64,000 bases of DNA from Ylistrum balloti (GCF_031769215.1 NW_026782932.1:186001-250000); one strand, 5' to 3'; positions 13,001 through 25,059 are shown, counted from the stretch's first letter. The notes: generated from the sequence alone by a model not told the origin. Translations and numbers: made by a program.

Positions 13001-16000
13001 CTAAATGTCTTTATCCCCCTAGCTAGATATCATTTGTTAATTCAAAGTTTTTGGTTTTTATATGTTGTGTTTCGTTTTTTGTTTTGTTTTTGTTTTTGTT
13101 TTGGTTTTTTTCATCTGAAAAATGTTAAGTATAAGCATTTTAAGCATAAAAATAAGTTGATTAGTTTTTGCAACGTTTTGAATACGATTTATTTGTGAAT
13201 ATCTGAAATTTTGTAGAAACAGTTCATTTAACATTCTCACCTTTACAACAGTAGTTAAGTCGACCCATGTCCTTGGTTTGGTTTTGGGCAGAAGATGACA
13301 CCAGCAAATGATCAGATGTCAAGGTCTTATCTGCTAAACCTTGTCTTACCAGACATGCTAGAATACCAATCAAACAATCAGGTTTACGCAAGGAAGTAGA
13401 GAAAAGACATCTAAGAAATGAAATATTTCATGTAAAAGTCGTAATAGTAATCCCAACACTAATCCCTGTCTTTAACTCCTGTTAATTTGACTTTATCATG
13501 GACATTATGAAATACAGAAGAAGATTTATTCTATTTGTGAAAACTTATCTCCAGCTTGCTATAGCGATCAAACATTATATACGATTAAAAAAAAATGTTT
13601 AAAGAAATATGTTATTTTTTGAAAATAAATGCTTGAGTGTTTTTTCGTGAAAACTTTTGCAACTTAAAGTTAGATATATCTTCTACACCTTTCTTGCTTT
13701 CTTTAACAATAAGAAGGAGACCGATGTTATTACAGACGTTGCAGTAATGTTACAAGTAAAGCATTTCTTACCGCCTTGAGGAGATTCACCTGTGACAAAT
13801 ATGAAAAGAAAACATATATCCATTGTAAGACCAAATCGCTTTTTTGAAATAAATTTAGCAGAAAATGACAGCATTTCCTTCATGACATGTTTATCCAATT
13901 CTGGGTAAATATACAAACATAATCATGATGACTACCGCGATATATCAACAAATATTTAATCCAGTACTTACTCTTTTCCATTTCACAGTGATCACCAGCA
14001 AAACCATATGGACATTTACACGTGGCCTGCTGTAAGCATTGTCCTCCATTTTGACATACGGGACATATATCTATTCAAATAAAAACAAATATAATCAAAC
14101 GAGCGAACGACTACGGTAATGATTTTGACGTTATTTATACAAACGGAATCTGTATATGTTGATCTCTTAACGGATGTATATTTTATTAATCGTTTCAAGT
14201 GTCAACAACTTATGGTCCGTAGGTGATGCGATTTAAAACGTCCTTTCAGGACATGAAATTAAAACTGAAGCGTTTTAATGTATATAATACCTTTAGGAGT
14301 ACATCCAGCCAGTTGTAGTCTCATGCATGGCTTGTCGTCAAAAGATAATATATTTATCTTCATTTTGATGATATTAATGGCTTCGGTATTCACAATAGAT
14401 ACTGAATAGTGTTGAAGATTTGTATCCTGATGAAAACAACATTGATATGATAAACAATTGTTTGCTATACATATCACAAAATATTTGATAACAAATCTGA
14501 CGACTTACGAAATTGGAACGATTCATTCAGTATATCTATGTATTTCCATTTCTGTTTACAGACAGTTTTAAAATACATTCTTAACATAACATTTAACATA
14601 ACTGTCAGAACTTCTGCTTACGTATTTCAAAAATGTCCCAGAGGTATTTATTTCAGCAAAAGTGATTTGAAATGACTTTGAATAAATTAATCATTTGGCT
14701 GGAAGAACGCTTCACCACTCATGGCAATTAAAACGTTATACATATTTCTATCAATATATTGCATATGAATTAGCGGTAATTCAAAATTGTTCTTATCATT
14801 ACGCCCGAACTAAGATCATAAACAAAATAGCCATGGTTACAGAACATGTCAATTCTTTGTCATGATAGTTCTTTATGGTAAAAACAGTTTACACAAAATC
14901 ATGGTTGTAAATGGTAATTTTTTCAGTCTCTAGTTATTTTCCAAAGCCACAAGAAGCTCTGGCTCAAGTTTTGTAACGTGTGTACCATAGCTATCTCATA
15001 TATATACGATATACAACAACCAGCTGTTTTGTAAATTCTATATCCATAACGACTTATCGTATTTACAGTTTCCATTGAAGTTATAACGTAAACACGACCG
15101 TCGATCGCTTCCAGACAGCATGTTCCATTGACCTAAATGCGTTGAAGTTATATTTTCTTTTTGGTTGTTCTGTGAGAGTTGTATTCAACATTTTTGTTTT
15201 GCCCATATTATTTTTATGAATTTTCCTCGGATGATTTAAAAATTTTGTATGGCTTAGGAAAATAGACGAGTTCAAAATGATATGTCAATCAGTTATACTA
15301 CAATGAACCAGCATGTAAGGTGTGCCACTGTCAAAACTACATATTCCCGTTGTCGTGGAGCTGTCGATATGAACATACAGGGTATAATGCTATACCTAGT
15401 TGTGCCAACTTGTGATAAAATCATGTGTGTACACCAGGAATACATGAAATAGCTTCCACGTTTATAGAAATGACTGAAGGTGTCGTTATAGCATACACTG
15501 AGGTCTTCATTGTCTTTTCTAAGAGTGCGAAATGTCCACTGACTGCTTTATAAAACAATGTTTTTTTATGATGAGATTAGAGTTGTAATGCAGATACTTA
15601 CATAGTTATTCACGAGCTGGTTCCACTTGGTATGTTTATCAAACATAGTCAAGATTTGTATCATCCTTGGATTGCCTGTTTTAACACCACCCATTATTCT
15701 GATCTGGTGAACCATAGTTGGTTCTGCAAAGTCTATTTGAACCCATGTGTCATTGGCAGTGTTGTCACCACACCACCCTTGTCCTGTTCGGTACAAGAGA
15801 AATGGTATTACAAGGAATATATTCCTATGTCTTACACGTAATACAACAGCTCCTAAACTGTTTTATTAAATCATACATTGACACCTACTTGAAAACAAAA
15901 GAATAATAATGCAAAAATAATTGTTCATAAAAGGAAAGAATTTCAATAATAGCTATTCAGTAACATTTTCGAAAAAAAATTTAAAAGGTGCCACATCGGT

Positions 16001-19000
16001 TTATTACAGTGAATCTTAATTAAGCCTAATTTAATATTCATAGGATTTGTGATATAAACCGACCGTCTTGTGTTATTTCTGCCTTGTCAGCGGTATTCGT
16101 GGACACTGCTATCATATCTAATGATAGTTTCCCTTCCTTCCAAAGGTCGTCCATACAAACTGAAATGTAAAACAAGAGTAAACATACAACCTACAGATAT
16201 ATAAGCTTAAGATGAGTCACACTGTTTACATGGTAGTAATTACGACAAAAGATAATTAAATCCGTATGCTATTTTGTGTCGTCTATGAATTTTCATTGGT
16301 TATGCGATTATGACACGTGTAAGTTTTTTTTTAATTCAAGAGAGCCTTTGCTGAGCCAAAAAGATAAAAACGTACATTGCATTTCAAATAGAAACGCTAG
16401 TAACATACTTTTCATCACACGATCGATTAGGCAGGCAAAGCTGTAGAAAATACACATCTCCACACCAGACTTAAGTGAATTCATCATCTCTTTTTATTAA
16501 CATTGATATACAAGTATTTCTGGATTTTAAAATGATCATGGATGACACCGACAACGAGAAAATATATCATGATTTGTATAGAAATCTCGTCCTACAGATA
16601 TACTGCTTTACAAGGGAGATATTCAGTAACCACATTGGTTTCAAAATTCAATCCCTAATGAGTTCTTTTAAAATCAATAAAACTAGGACAAAATATTAAT
16701 AAGAAAAAGAACAAACGAAAGAATTACATGGAGACTCCTAAAAAAGTAGAATAAGAATAAGACAATGTGTTCTGGAAGAGTAGGCATCTTCTACTTCATC
16801 GACGACGCCCACCATGTAAATATTAGTCAATACAAGTAAGCTATCAAGGAATGAAAAATTCAAAATAGGGAAATTGAAATTATCACGCTTATCATACAAC
16901 TTCTTGGCATCTGTCCATGTCATTGGAAAAGACCGAGATAAGAGTCTGGCGCGCCCTTGATTTCCAGTTCCGGTGGGTATATACGATGGACATGGTCAAT
17001 AAATTTCTTATTTAAAGACGTCATCAATATATCTGAAAGTCAAATTAAACGACATTACAAAGTCTTTGTGACCTGATTGATGCGCTCTTCAATAAATTCA
17101 ACATCGTATGAAAACATTAACAAGTCAGCAACAGAGGAAGATCTTGCCTACAAACTCGACACTCGTATGTTTCTTCTTTAATTTGGACGTAATTTTCACG
17201 ATATATATTTCAGTATAATTACAGTCATGTATTTGGTTCTTGGATAAAAACCTCTCAAGAGAACGCAAGCGTTGTTTCAATTGATAATCTGGTACGGCGC
17301 TCTAATAGATTTCTCCCATCACCTTTCATTTAGAGTTGCTTCCATATTAAATGGTCTATGTCACCACCCTAATAATAGAGTTTTCCAATCACCTTTTTAT
17401 TTGAGTTGTCCTCACACTAGCAAATAAAGGCCTATCCTACTTACAGGGTTGTCCTACAACGTAGTCTGTGTTTTGCAGTGTTTGTTTTTTTCATTCACAT
17501 AATCAAATAATCTTGTCATCCTGTTGTCCACCAGATTGGAAACACGAATAATCTAAGTCATCAACTGGCGGACGAACTGATAACAAAGGCTTTTAAATGT
17601 TGAACGGTGATCAAAATCACGGGGATGTTTTACGGTTCATAGAGATCTCGTTCTTTGTACGATATGAAGTTGGACGTGTTTGACGAGGTTTAGTAAATCT
17701 GTTGGTTCCGTTGCTATACACCTTGCTCTTATTTGAGAACGTGTCATTTCTTACTTGGACTGACAAAGGTTTACATGATGAATATCGTCGATAAAGCAGA
17801 AGATGCTTACTATTCCAGAACACCTCTTTCAGGATTATACGTGTGCATCTTTCTTTTCTTCATATTCTGACCTATATTTATTGAAATAGAGATTAGATTA
17901 CAGTGATGTTGGCATGTCGGAATTTTTCTTGTTTATTTAAGTTGTTTATAATTGATATCAGTATGAATGCTTCAATATCTGAAGTTATTTGGTCTATCTA
18001 TGTCGTAACGGAGCAACACCTAATTCAAATTAAATTATTTGAAATGAAAATCCATCTATCTTCCATGATTAAATTATACGTATTCGTTTGTCACTTCTCA
18101 CAATGCTGTCGTTATAAATCTTATCAGTACCAACACACATTTCTAGACAGAAATACCTCACATGTCATTTATTGGATATGAGCTGTTATGTTACACGTAC
18201 ATTGTACGTATATCTCACTCTTCTGATAACAATGCAGCCTACAAATTACTTTCTCATTATTTACCCTCTGTGTTCAGGCTGGATCAGTGTCGGAATAATA
18301 AAAAGTGTCAAACAGTTCGACTTATATACTTATAACTTCCGATGATACATAAAACTAACAAAAGTCATGATCATGAAAATCTATAATTTTGTTATTTTTC
18401 ATCTAATTTACGGTACATTACGCCGTCTGATATACAAGTGATTTACGGACACCGTCATCACACTCATGTTTGAAGTTAATCTAAAATGTCTGGTGACAAA
18501 CATTATTGTATGAACCTACAGTCGATCAGTAAACACTTATCAATTCTTCAGATTGATTTATCATATGTTTCCTTACCTACCACCCCTTGTTTTACGTAAC
18601 TATTTACGTATGGTGATCCACTCTGTCAGATGAAAGGTGGGTTTTATGTTTATGATCGCTATAACCTAGTTGCGTGGGAAGCACTACGTCACATAAGGTA
18701 TATCTTCACCCTGGGTGACCATGGTGATTTGTTTCTTTACCTCCAGCTTCATATCGCACAAGGAATACGAATATTTCTCAATGAGACCATTATGACGACC
18801 AAACGTTTTTCATCAACCTGCATCTTTTGAAAACCCATGTCAGTTAGTTGACGAATTCTTGCACAAAAATGGTAAAACTGGGAACAGCTCATTGTATATT
18901 GAATCAACTGCGACATGTAAACAGGTCTAAGATGCAGGAATATTGCAAGAAATGGAAAATTCAAAATAGAGAAATTGTAATCATCACGTTTACATACAGT

Positions 19001-20702
19001 TTGGTGGAAAACTGCCAACGTTGGTTTCATTGTTTGAAAAGATCGAGATAAGCGGCTGATGTAGAAGAGTCTGTCGTGTCTTTGATTTTCAATTCTGGTA
19101 TATATACGATAGAGGTCGACAATAAATTTTAAGTTATTTAAAGACAAGAAGACATCAATATATCCGAAAGTGAAATTAAACGACTTTGCAACGTGTTTGT
19201 GACCTGTTTTGATAAGCCTAATATAAAAAACGAAGTCAGCCAAGAGAGGCACAGTTAGTTCCCATAATTATGGCAATGGTCTCATGGAAAATCTTTCCAT
19301 CAATTCGAAGAAGATGTTGTCAACTGGAAACTCGGTCATTTTGATGATGTCGTCCTCCGTATATTTCATCTTTTGATTTGGACGTATTTCTTTTACGAAA
19401 TAGTATAGCTCACAGCCATTTATTCACGCCTTCGTTCACTATTCTTGGAGAAGAAAGCTTTCACGACAAGAGAATGAAGGCGTTTTTTCAGTTTAGAATG
19501 GGTTATTGTGGTTTATAGGGTGAAAAATTTAAATGTCCATAGAAGAAATGTTTTTAGAAGAGGGTGTTGCAATTGGCCAAAGTTATTTGGAGTTATTGAA
19601 ACTCCAAACGCTATTAATTATCAGTATCACCTTTAAACTGTAACCCATATTTGATAGTACTAAGAATGGTAGTGAGTAGTTTTGACAAATGCTTGGGTGA
19701 ACAGCTAGACGAGTCAGCCATAAAACTTTGTTCATATGGATTCTTGTGAAGTTTAGCAATATAAACGGAGGAGGTCTGTATCCTTAATACCAATCAATAA
19801 TCTGAATGGTTGTGATACTGAAGCATGATTTGCCAATATTTCATCTTTGGAAAGATTGCATAATGTATAGGTGGGGTTTCTGTTTATAAACAATTGGGGA
19901 TAAAATTTAGAGTTTGGCGATGCTATTGGCGAACCCAAATTCTTTTCAATTTTTTTTCAAGTTGAAATAAACTGATTTTATCCTACTCAAATTTAGATAA
20001 AACTATACCTTTTTATCTTCAATCCATTTATTAGTAAGAACATGAATATACCAGGATCACTGTATATATCTAAGTCTGTGCAATTATCAAGTACAAATGA
20101 ATATTTTAAAAAGTATTGAAATCAATTTTGCAATTTATATCTTAGTTTTATCTATTTGGAAAAAAAATACCTGTACATTTTTGTGATTAACTTGTTCTCT
20201 TTCATAGTGTAATCACCATACTGCTGTTATTGTTCCCATTAAAATGTAGTCAGGACTAACGATATTTTATGCATTTAGCGTAGTTAAATACATATTATAA
20301 AAGGAAAATATAATTGGATAAAATGTATGAATTTATCATCAGTAGGCAATACTGAATATTTGTAATTTCTTTTGTGTCTTGCTGGAGACATCTTAATTAA
20401 ATATTTATGATTTTCGAATCTCAAACCAGCATAATGTTTTAACAAATCGAATTGTATACAAAAAACATTCATATACAACACGCAGCGATACAAAACAACC
20501 ATGCAACATTAACAGCAAAGTAAACAACAACAACATTAACAGCAAAGTAAACAACAACAACATTAACAACAAAGTAAACAACAGCAACATTAATCAATTT
20601 TAAAATTATTAGATATACATTATACTGAGACTTACCTTTTTCGTTTAGCACGCAAGACGCTAACCCAATAATGGTGAGGAGAAGTACCGGCTGTGCTATC
20701 AT
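184..20702 (-). CDS. Large secreted modular protein, 5'-partial model of ~21 exons: SP-FA58C-EGF-FA58C-EGF-3x ConA/LamG-like with Pro/Thr mucin spacers-VWDE-like region-vWF type D domain (continues off left edge)
   Basis: GT-AG exons chain in consistent phase from ATG at 20702 to MCTSLNDPHITTFDG at 184-260. Exons sum to ~4,556 nt (~1,518 codons) with no stops. Domains recognised from motifs, not from an HMM search. Confidence 0.85.
511..930 (-). CDS. Exon, pre-vWD region (TAMVDNMYDRDHSTHV)
   Basis: ORF 472-930 starts exactly at the tttgtag acceptor; GAT|GTAAGG donor. Confidence 0.85.
1035..1108. repeat. (ATG)n/(ACG)n compound microsatellite, intronic
   Basis: Read directly. Confidence 0.95.
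1198..1284 (-). CDS. Exon, VWDE-like region (VTCSIQARFKGQSGLTIKLTSAIFTPTIK)
   Basis: tctcag acceptor, AAG|GTAAAA donor; resembles the segment upstream of the vWD domain in VWDE-type proteins. Confidence 0.8.
1535..1932 (-). CDS. Exon, Pro/Thr mucin tract plus start of VWDE-like region (PTLLP...FFTCSFEK...VEFIV)
   Basis: Lies in ORF 1529-2002; AGG|GTATGA phase-0 donor fits the next exon. Confidence 0.85.
2090..2188 (-). CDS. Thr-rich exon ending VCHKGWICK
   Basis: aatcag acceptor, G|GTATAT donor, phase 1-1. Confidence 0.75.
2700..3554 (-). CDS. Exon, TTKAPTTSP mucin repeats plus ConA/LamG-like domain 3
   Basis: ORF 2692-3582; CLGNLDRCQSGIT, MSSGGE, GVALVY. The donor could be at 2700 or 2706, both phase 1. 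Confidence 0.88.
5647..5688 (-). CDS. 42-nt Pro/Thr linker exon (DYTTVKPTPSPTKK)
   Basis: ttgtag acceptor, C|GTGAGT donor, phase 1-1. Confidence 0.7.
6153..6803 (-). CDS. Exon, ConA/LamG-like domain 2
   Basis: ORF 6052-6777 extended to the ttacag acceptor; CLQDLTTCDNGFT, FSSGGD, GIALY, WHTYQVSW. Confidence 0.88.
7018..7660. repeat. 40-bp minisatellite (cattacttataccgtgatgtaaatgtgaagacatttgacg), ~16 units, intronic
   Basis: Read directly. Confidence 0.93.
7987..8046 (-). CDS. 60-nt Pro/Thr linker exon (AMTTKPNTTPTPLAESTSSA)
   Basis: tttcag acceptor, G|GTATAA donor, phase 1-1. Confidence 0.7.
10113..10160 (-). CDS. 48-nt Pro/Thr linker exon (VPTTTPITAKPTVSSS)
   Basis: tttcag acceptor, G|GTATTT donor, phase 1-1, mucin-like composition. 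Confidence 0.7.
10170..10330. repeat. Degenerate ~54-bp tandem repeat, ~3 units, intronic
   Basis: attaatactac..aagtata motif recurs at ~54-bp spacing. Confidence 0.7.
10428..11075 (-). CDS. Exon, ConA/LamG-like domain 1
   Basis: ORF 10405-11025 extended to acceptor. CLxxxxxCxSGFT, ISNGG, GLALYY, WQHLEISW motifs recur in the other two copies. Confidence 0.88.
11243..11338 (-). CDS. Exon, EGF-like domain 2 (CPVDFCKNGGTCVGEGQCSCTHGYYGSDCS)
   Basis: Six-Cys EGF pattern; G|GTGAGT donor. Confidence 0.9.
11830..11977 (-). CDS. Exon, FA58C-2 C-terminus (FTPPVAIDSLRVYPLTSQVSPCFRFDVLGC)
   Basis: F.PP...R..P...C.R.D.LGC motif; A|GTAAGA donor. Confidence 0.9.
12745..12956 (-). CDS. Exon, FA58C-2 core (GWCPSLTDPNPWYEVSF)
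   Basis: Lies in ORF 12721-12963; W-C-P...PW.EV.F motif; phase-0 donor CCT|GTAGGT fits the next exon. Confidence 0.85.
13241..13357 (-). CDS. Exon, start of FA58C domain 2 (ACLVRQGLADKTLTSDHLLVSSS...GRLN)
   Basis: C...G...SS...RL opening motif; AG/GT boundaries, phase 1-1. Confidence 0.85.
13772..13789 (-). CDS. Candidate 18-nt micro-exon (SESPQGG linker)
   Basis: tttgtcacag acceptor and G|GTAAGA donor, symmetric phase 1. The model also works without it. Confidence 0.4.
13972..14070 (-). CDS. Exon 5, EGF-like domain 1 (CPVCQNGGQCLQQATCKCPYGFAGDHCE)
   Basis: Six-Cys EGF pattern with CxNGGxC and CxCxxGFxGxxC; phase 1-1; missed by the ORF track. Confidence 0.9.
14291..14426 (-). CDS. Exon 4, FA58C-1 C-terminus (KPCMRLQLAGC)
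   Basis: C-x-R-x-x-L-x-GC end motif; phase 0 to phase 1 fits both neighbours. Confidence 0.85.
15602..15783 (-). CDS. Exon 3, FA58C-1 core (GWCGDNTANDTWVQIDFAEPTMVHQIRIMG)
   Basis: Discoidin W-C...W.QIDF motif; cag acceptor and TAT|GTAAGT donor. Confidence 0.85.
16064..16159 (-). CDS. Exon 2, start of FA58C/discoidin domain 1 (VCMDDLWKEGKLSLDMIAVSTNTADKAEITQD)
   Basis: tttcag acceptor, open in phase 1, weak donor G|GTCGGT. Equivalent to the exon opening FA58C domain 2. Confidence 0.6.
16760..17330 (-). mobile_element. Second degraded Penelope-like RT fragment with 3' tail
   Basis: KLYDKRDNFNFPILNFSFL; nucleotide similarity to 18950-19490; tail gtcgtcgatgaagtagaagatgcctactcttccagaacac. Confidence 0.72.
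18700..19960 (-). mobile_element. Degraded Penelope-like retroelement RT relic
   Basis: Frameshifted segments NPTYT..LSKDEILANH, KLHKNPYEQSF, SFNFTFGYID, KRDDYNFSILNFPFL, VYMSQLIQY. Boundaries approximate. Confidence 0.75.
20503..20595. repeat. 27-bp tandem repeat (aacattaacagcaaagtaaacaacaac), ~3.5 units
   Basis: Read directly; just inside intron 1 of the modular gene. Confidence 0.85.
20636..20702 (-). CDS. Modular gene exon 1, signal peptide MIAQPVLLLTIIGLASCVLNEK
   Basis: ATG, hydrophobic stretch, then G|GTAAGT phase-1 donor that fits the next exon. Confidence 0.75.
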
Positions 20703-21767
20703 TTTGTTACTATTTTGATTATTTATTATTTTGGACTTCAATACAACTACACGTTACAACGTTGTTATGGCAAAATTGATCTTCTTCATTGTTCACTGTG
20801 TAAATTGTTAAGTTGAAAATCTTTTCTTTAAAGTTCGTGTCCAACAATTAAAGCAGGGAAAGAATTCGTTTCACACACGTAAATATTTGTTATTCCATCA
20901 AATTCTTCCGACGAAAGTCACAGGCACACACAAGGATACTTATTCCGGAGACTTTATAGTCTTTGAACTGTTACCCCACCCATACCTACTATTTTAATTT
21001 TGATTTGGATACGTCATACTCTAGATATATGTCTTAGCAGGTCGTTTAAAGTTTAGAGAAGAGGCAATCCAAGTCTCTATCAAAGAGCAATGCTAACCTT
21101 TGTGACTGTGTGATTTATAAACGGGTCCCTGTATGGGTCAATATTGGTTGTGTGGGTGCCTGTCGCTTGGAGAAGATAACGTCACAACACAGGTTATGAA
21201 TTTCTGTCCCGAATTTATCCATCGGTAATCGTACAGTAGACAATCTTGTCGATATATCAAGTTCATCGAGTTCCATATATTAAAATCTAAGTGAACATAT
21301 CTTATCGATAGTTAAACCATTAGTAAACATTCAGATGTGTCAAGCTTAGAAAAAAAGCTTAGCCATTTCGGAAACGCCCACTACGTTCTAACATGAATTA
21401 ATTTTGTGTCAAAATCAACAATAACATGTGAAAGGAGCATAAATCGTGTATTATCCAATTATGGGACAGTATGGTCTACCGTGTTACGATATAATGATTT
21501 AAAGATAGCTGTCAAGTGAAATTGATTGATATACAAATTTATCTGCTGATGTCATAAAATCCTTGTAAACTTTATAACCCTCTCTTATCTGATGATGATA
21601 ACATTCAATAATCTTACTCTTAAAACACATATAGACATATACAAATCAATACAAAAGATATATGTTGGCTGATGAACTAAACAATTCGATGAGTGGAACA
21701 AATTTTCCTTTGATTTACTATGTTTTACATGGCTGTGACACTTACTCCATCGGAACACCTGGTCTTA

Positions 21768-24070
21768 CAGTTGTGAGATCGCACAACGTACCAAAAATAG
21801 CGTGCGCACATCGTGCATACACCGTGCGCACATCGTGCGTGTATCGAGCGTGTATCGTGCGTGTATCGTGCGCACAAATGTGCAATGTGTGATTCTCTGT
21901 GCGGTTTAGTTCGATCGGTTGATTGATATTGCGAAATTATCAAAAAAACGGAATGTGTCGTATGAAATCGAAAATGAGGCGTGCATCATCTCGTATACGG
22001 AAATGGATGCTGGTCGACGATTGTCACCTTTTGCGAAGGAAAAGATCGTTATATACCACACCATTTGACTCTCTGGCCCGCAAAATAGTTGAAAAGCTGA
22101 GGGATGGTCATCAGATTGTAACAATACGCCAATAAATAAATAAATTATTGTATCAGCTAGCTTGAACTCCTTCTCAATATGTTATATGTTGAAAAACTTG
22201 TAATGTTGTACTTATCGTCACACGCCATTATAATGTAATTATATATTATGATTAATAAAAACCTTCAACCTTAAAACCATATTATAGTGCTACATGTAAC
22301 ATAAGAAAAACTCTTAATTAAAGTTTTATTATACAAGTGTGATTTTAGTAGTACATGTATATACTTTACACATTACTATTTTAGTTTCATATCATTATTC
22401 TAAAGTATAATTATAAATGCTATGATTGTAAAAATTGAATATTGTTGTTCGGTACTGGTACATCTCATGAGAGATGTGTTTTTAGTAAAAGTTTTGTGAT
22501 TATTCTATTTTAGGCTAGAGAGTCTGTACAAAGTATATGTACTTGATCAATGTACTTTTATGTTTCTAAAACAAGTGACACTTAAATGAAATATATCTTA
22601 TCTGTCTTTACATTTTTGTGGTCTCTATAGAATTACAAGTTATTTTATTCTTCAAATGGATTTTATTAACTGTATCTTTAACTATACTTTAATAAAATAA
22701 ATTATTGATTGATCAACTTTGGTTGATGGCAAAAGCAATCATATCAGCAGTTTAAATTGTCGTTGACATAATATAATGACATACTTGATATACTGTAAAA
22801 ATAAAAACTAAAAATATTGGAAAAACGATGGCCCCAGTTTCACAAATCTTCCTTAAGGAATTTTCCTTAGCTTATAATTATCATACATTGCTCATCGAAA
22901 AACATTTCATACTGTTAATTAAGGAATGGAGTTTCTTTAATTGTAAGTTTTTCCTTAACTTATGTAAATGGTTATGTAATTTGGGAGTTAAGATTTTTAA
23001 AAGTTAAGGAAGATTGGTAAAACTGGGGCCTGAATGTAACAAAATAACTTTTAATGTGAAATAAATTCAAAGTGTATTTTATCAATAGGATTAAGTGTTG
23101 CAAAATTTAACAAAATTTACCTACAAAATATAGTTAAAATGAAACTTCTACAATTTATTTATCTCTGGTTAAAAATAAACCAAGAACAGTTCAAAACATT
23201 TTGGGAATATTGTGTGTGTATAGATGGAGTAACACTTCTAATACACGCTGTAAAAAGTCAAATGATAAACTTCGGGTGTTTGTAATTTTAATCAGTGCAG
23301 TTGGCGAGTCCTATCTGCTTGACGTTGTATATTGAAACTGTAGGCCTATAATAAGTTAATAGCTGATCGAACAATTACACATATTGGATTCTTCAATTAT
23401 CTGCAAAGTTATGCACATGTGCAATAAAATATAATATCAAAAGCTATACTTACCAGTAGTTATCAGTTGGTCTAATCTAACTAGCTGCGAGTCAGGGAAT
23501 AAATTGTGACATTGACCGATTGGTGTCGTAGCACTGGCTATTTCATTGTTATAAAAACACAACATGGCATGTATAATATTCTTGTGTGTTCTGACGCTGA
23601 TAGTATATAATTGCGCTTGGAACGTATACTCTTAACAATATGCAGCATGGCTTCTCATTGTGACACGTTTCTTAGGCCTAATTAGGTCTCGCGCCTCGTG
23701 TTGTGAGTGTCACAGATCGAAGCGGTCCGTCTAAGAGCCCTGGTTGTGTGTTTACAAGCGACTGCCTTAATGCGAGATCTTGTTGAAAACGTAACAAACA
23801 ACTGGCGACAAAGTGAATTTTTATTCTTAAAAGAAAATTCAAGATTGATCAGTTTACCTTGGTCACGACAACACATGAAGTATATTAATATAACAATCGT
23901 TCCGCACATTTGAACTTTATTCATAACCAATTCCTAAATTTATATAAACCACGATAGCTAACGTTTGGATCGTCCATCGTGCGCCCATTCGCCTGCACGA
24001 TGCAATCGCACATTGTGCAGACATCGTGCTCACACCGCACATCGTGTAACGTTGTGCGATCCCACAACTG
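21768..24070. mobile_element. Non-autonomous TIR DNA transposon (Tc1/mariner-like), 2,303 bp
   Basis: 22-bp TIR cagttgtgagatcgcacaacgt with one mismatch at the right end, TA on both sides, subterminal catcgtgcg-type repeats at both ends, no transposase ORF. Confidence 0.85.
22830..23030. mobile_element. ~200-bp MITE nested in the TIR element
   Basis: 27-bp imperfect TIR ggccccagtttcacaaatcttccttaa / ttaaggaagattggtaaaactggggcc; no clean TSD seen. Confidence 0.75.
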
Positions 24071-25059
24071 TATTATCCATGTATTTTGTCTCCGAGTAAA
24101 TCTTTCATTTGATCATATTTTGCCATAGTTATATTTCAGTTCACTCTGAATTATGATTCTGTTGATATGTCGGTATTTTCTTACCAACTTTCGAAAGCTA
24201 CAGTCAGTTTAAGACCCATTTTATAAACTAAGACTTGCCAGAACTTGAGATTACTTTCCACTACTCCGTGACCTATCTGCATGATCTAACATGTAATTTA
24301 ATTGAGACAATATCAATCATGTTGGATGCAACATTTTAATGCAGTGAAATACCTTTCAACATATGAACAATTTGGATAACACAACATCACATTAGTGCGG
24401 GCTTCGCTCTTCATACATGATTAAAATAAGAGTTTTTGTAACATATGGATGTAAAGATAAATGGCTTTTATTGTTTAACATCTACAAATATTCTCTTCGT
24501 GCACTGAATAAATTAACAGTAAATAGCAAAGTTACCTGGTAAACATAAAATGTCCCTTGATCTGTTGACAACATTTCTGGTGTTGGCTGTAGTGTATGGT
24601 GATAGTGTTTCGCCACACCAGGTGATATCATCACCGATCCCTTAGCTGTGCTTGTGTTTTGCAACCTCATAACGTGAACTGTGTCAGTCATTGCAAATAG
24701 GATCCGCTTTCTATATATCTGTTATATTTCATCGCAAACTTCAAGACGGCAGATCCATTATTCCGTTTTTCAAATATTTCGAATTCCTAATTCATTATTT
24801 CTAAAGTTATCTGTATGGCTAACCAGAATCATGCGTTTTGAGTATGTTACTGTCGAATTCTCTTGTCTACAACTATGCTTGGCGGTCAAAGCGTACAGCA
24901 AAACCGCAACAACCAAAATTGATCAATTGCTGTAATATTTTGAAACAATCCAGTTCAAATTCATGTTTACCTTTGATGTGAACAAGCATATGTAGATAAG
25001 ACAGCACATAATGGCACTATCCTAGATCTACACTTACCTAGAGGTAATAGAAAGCAGCA

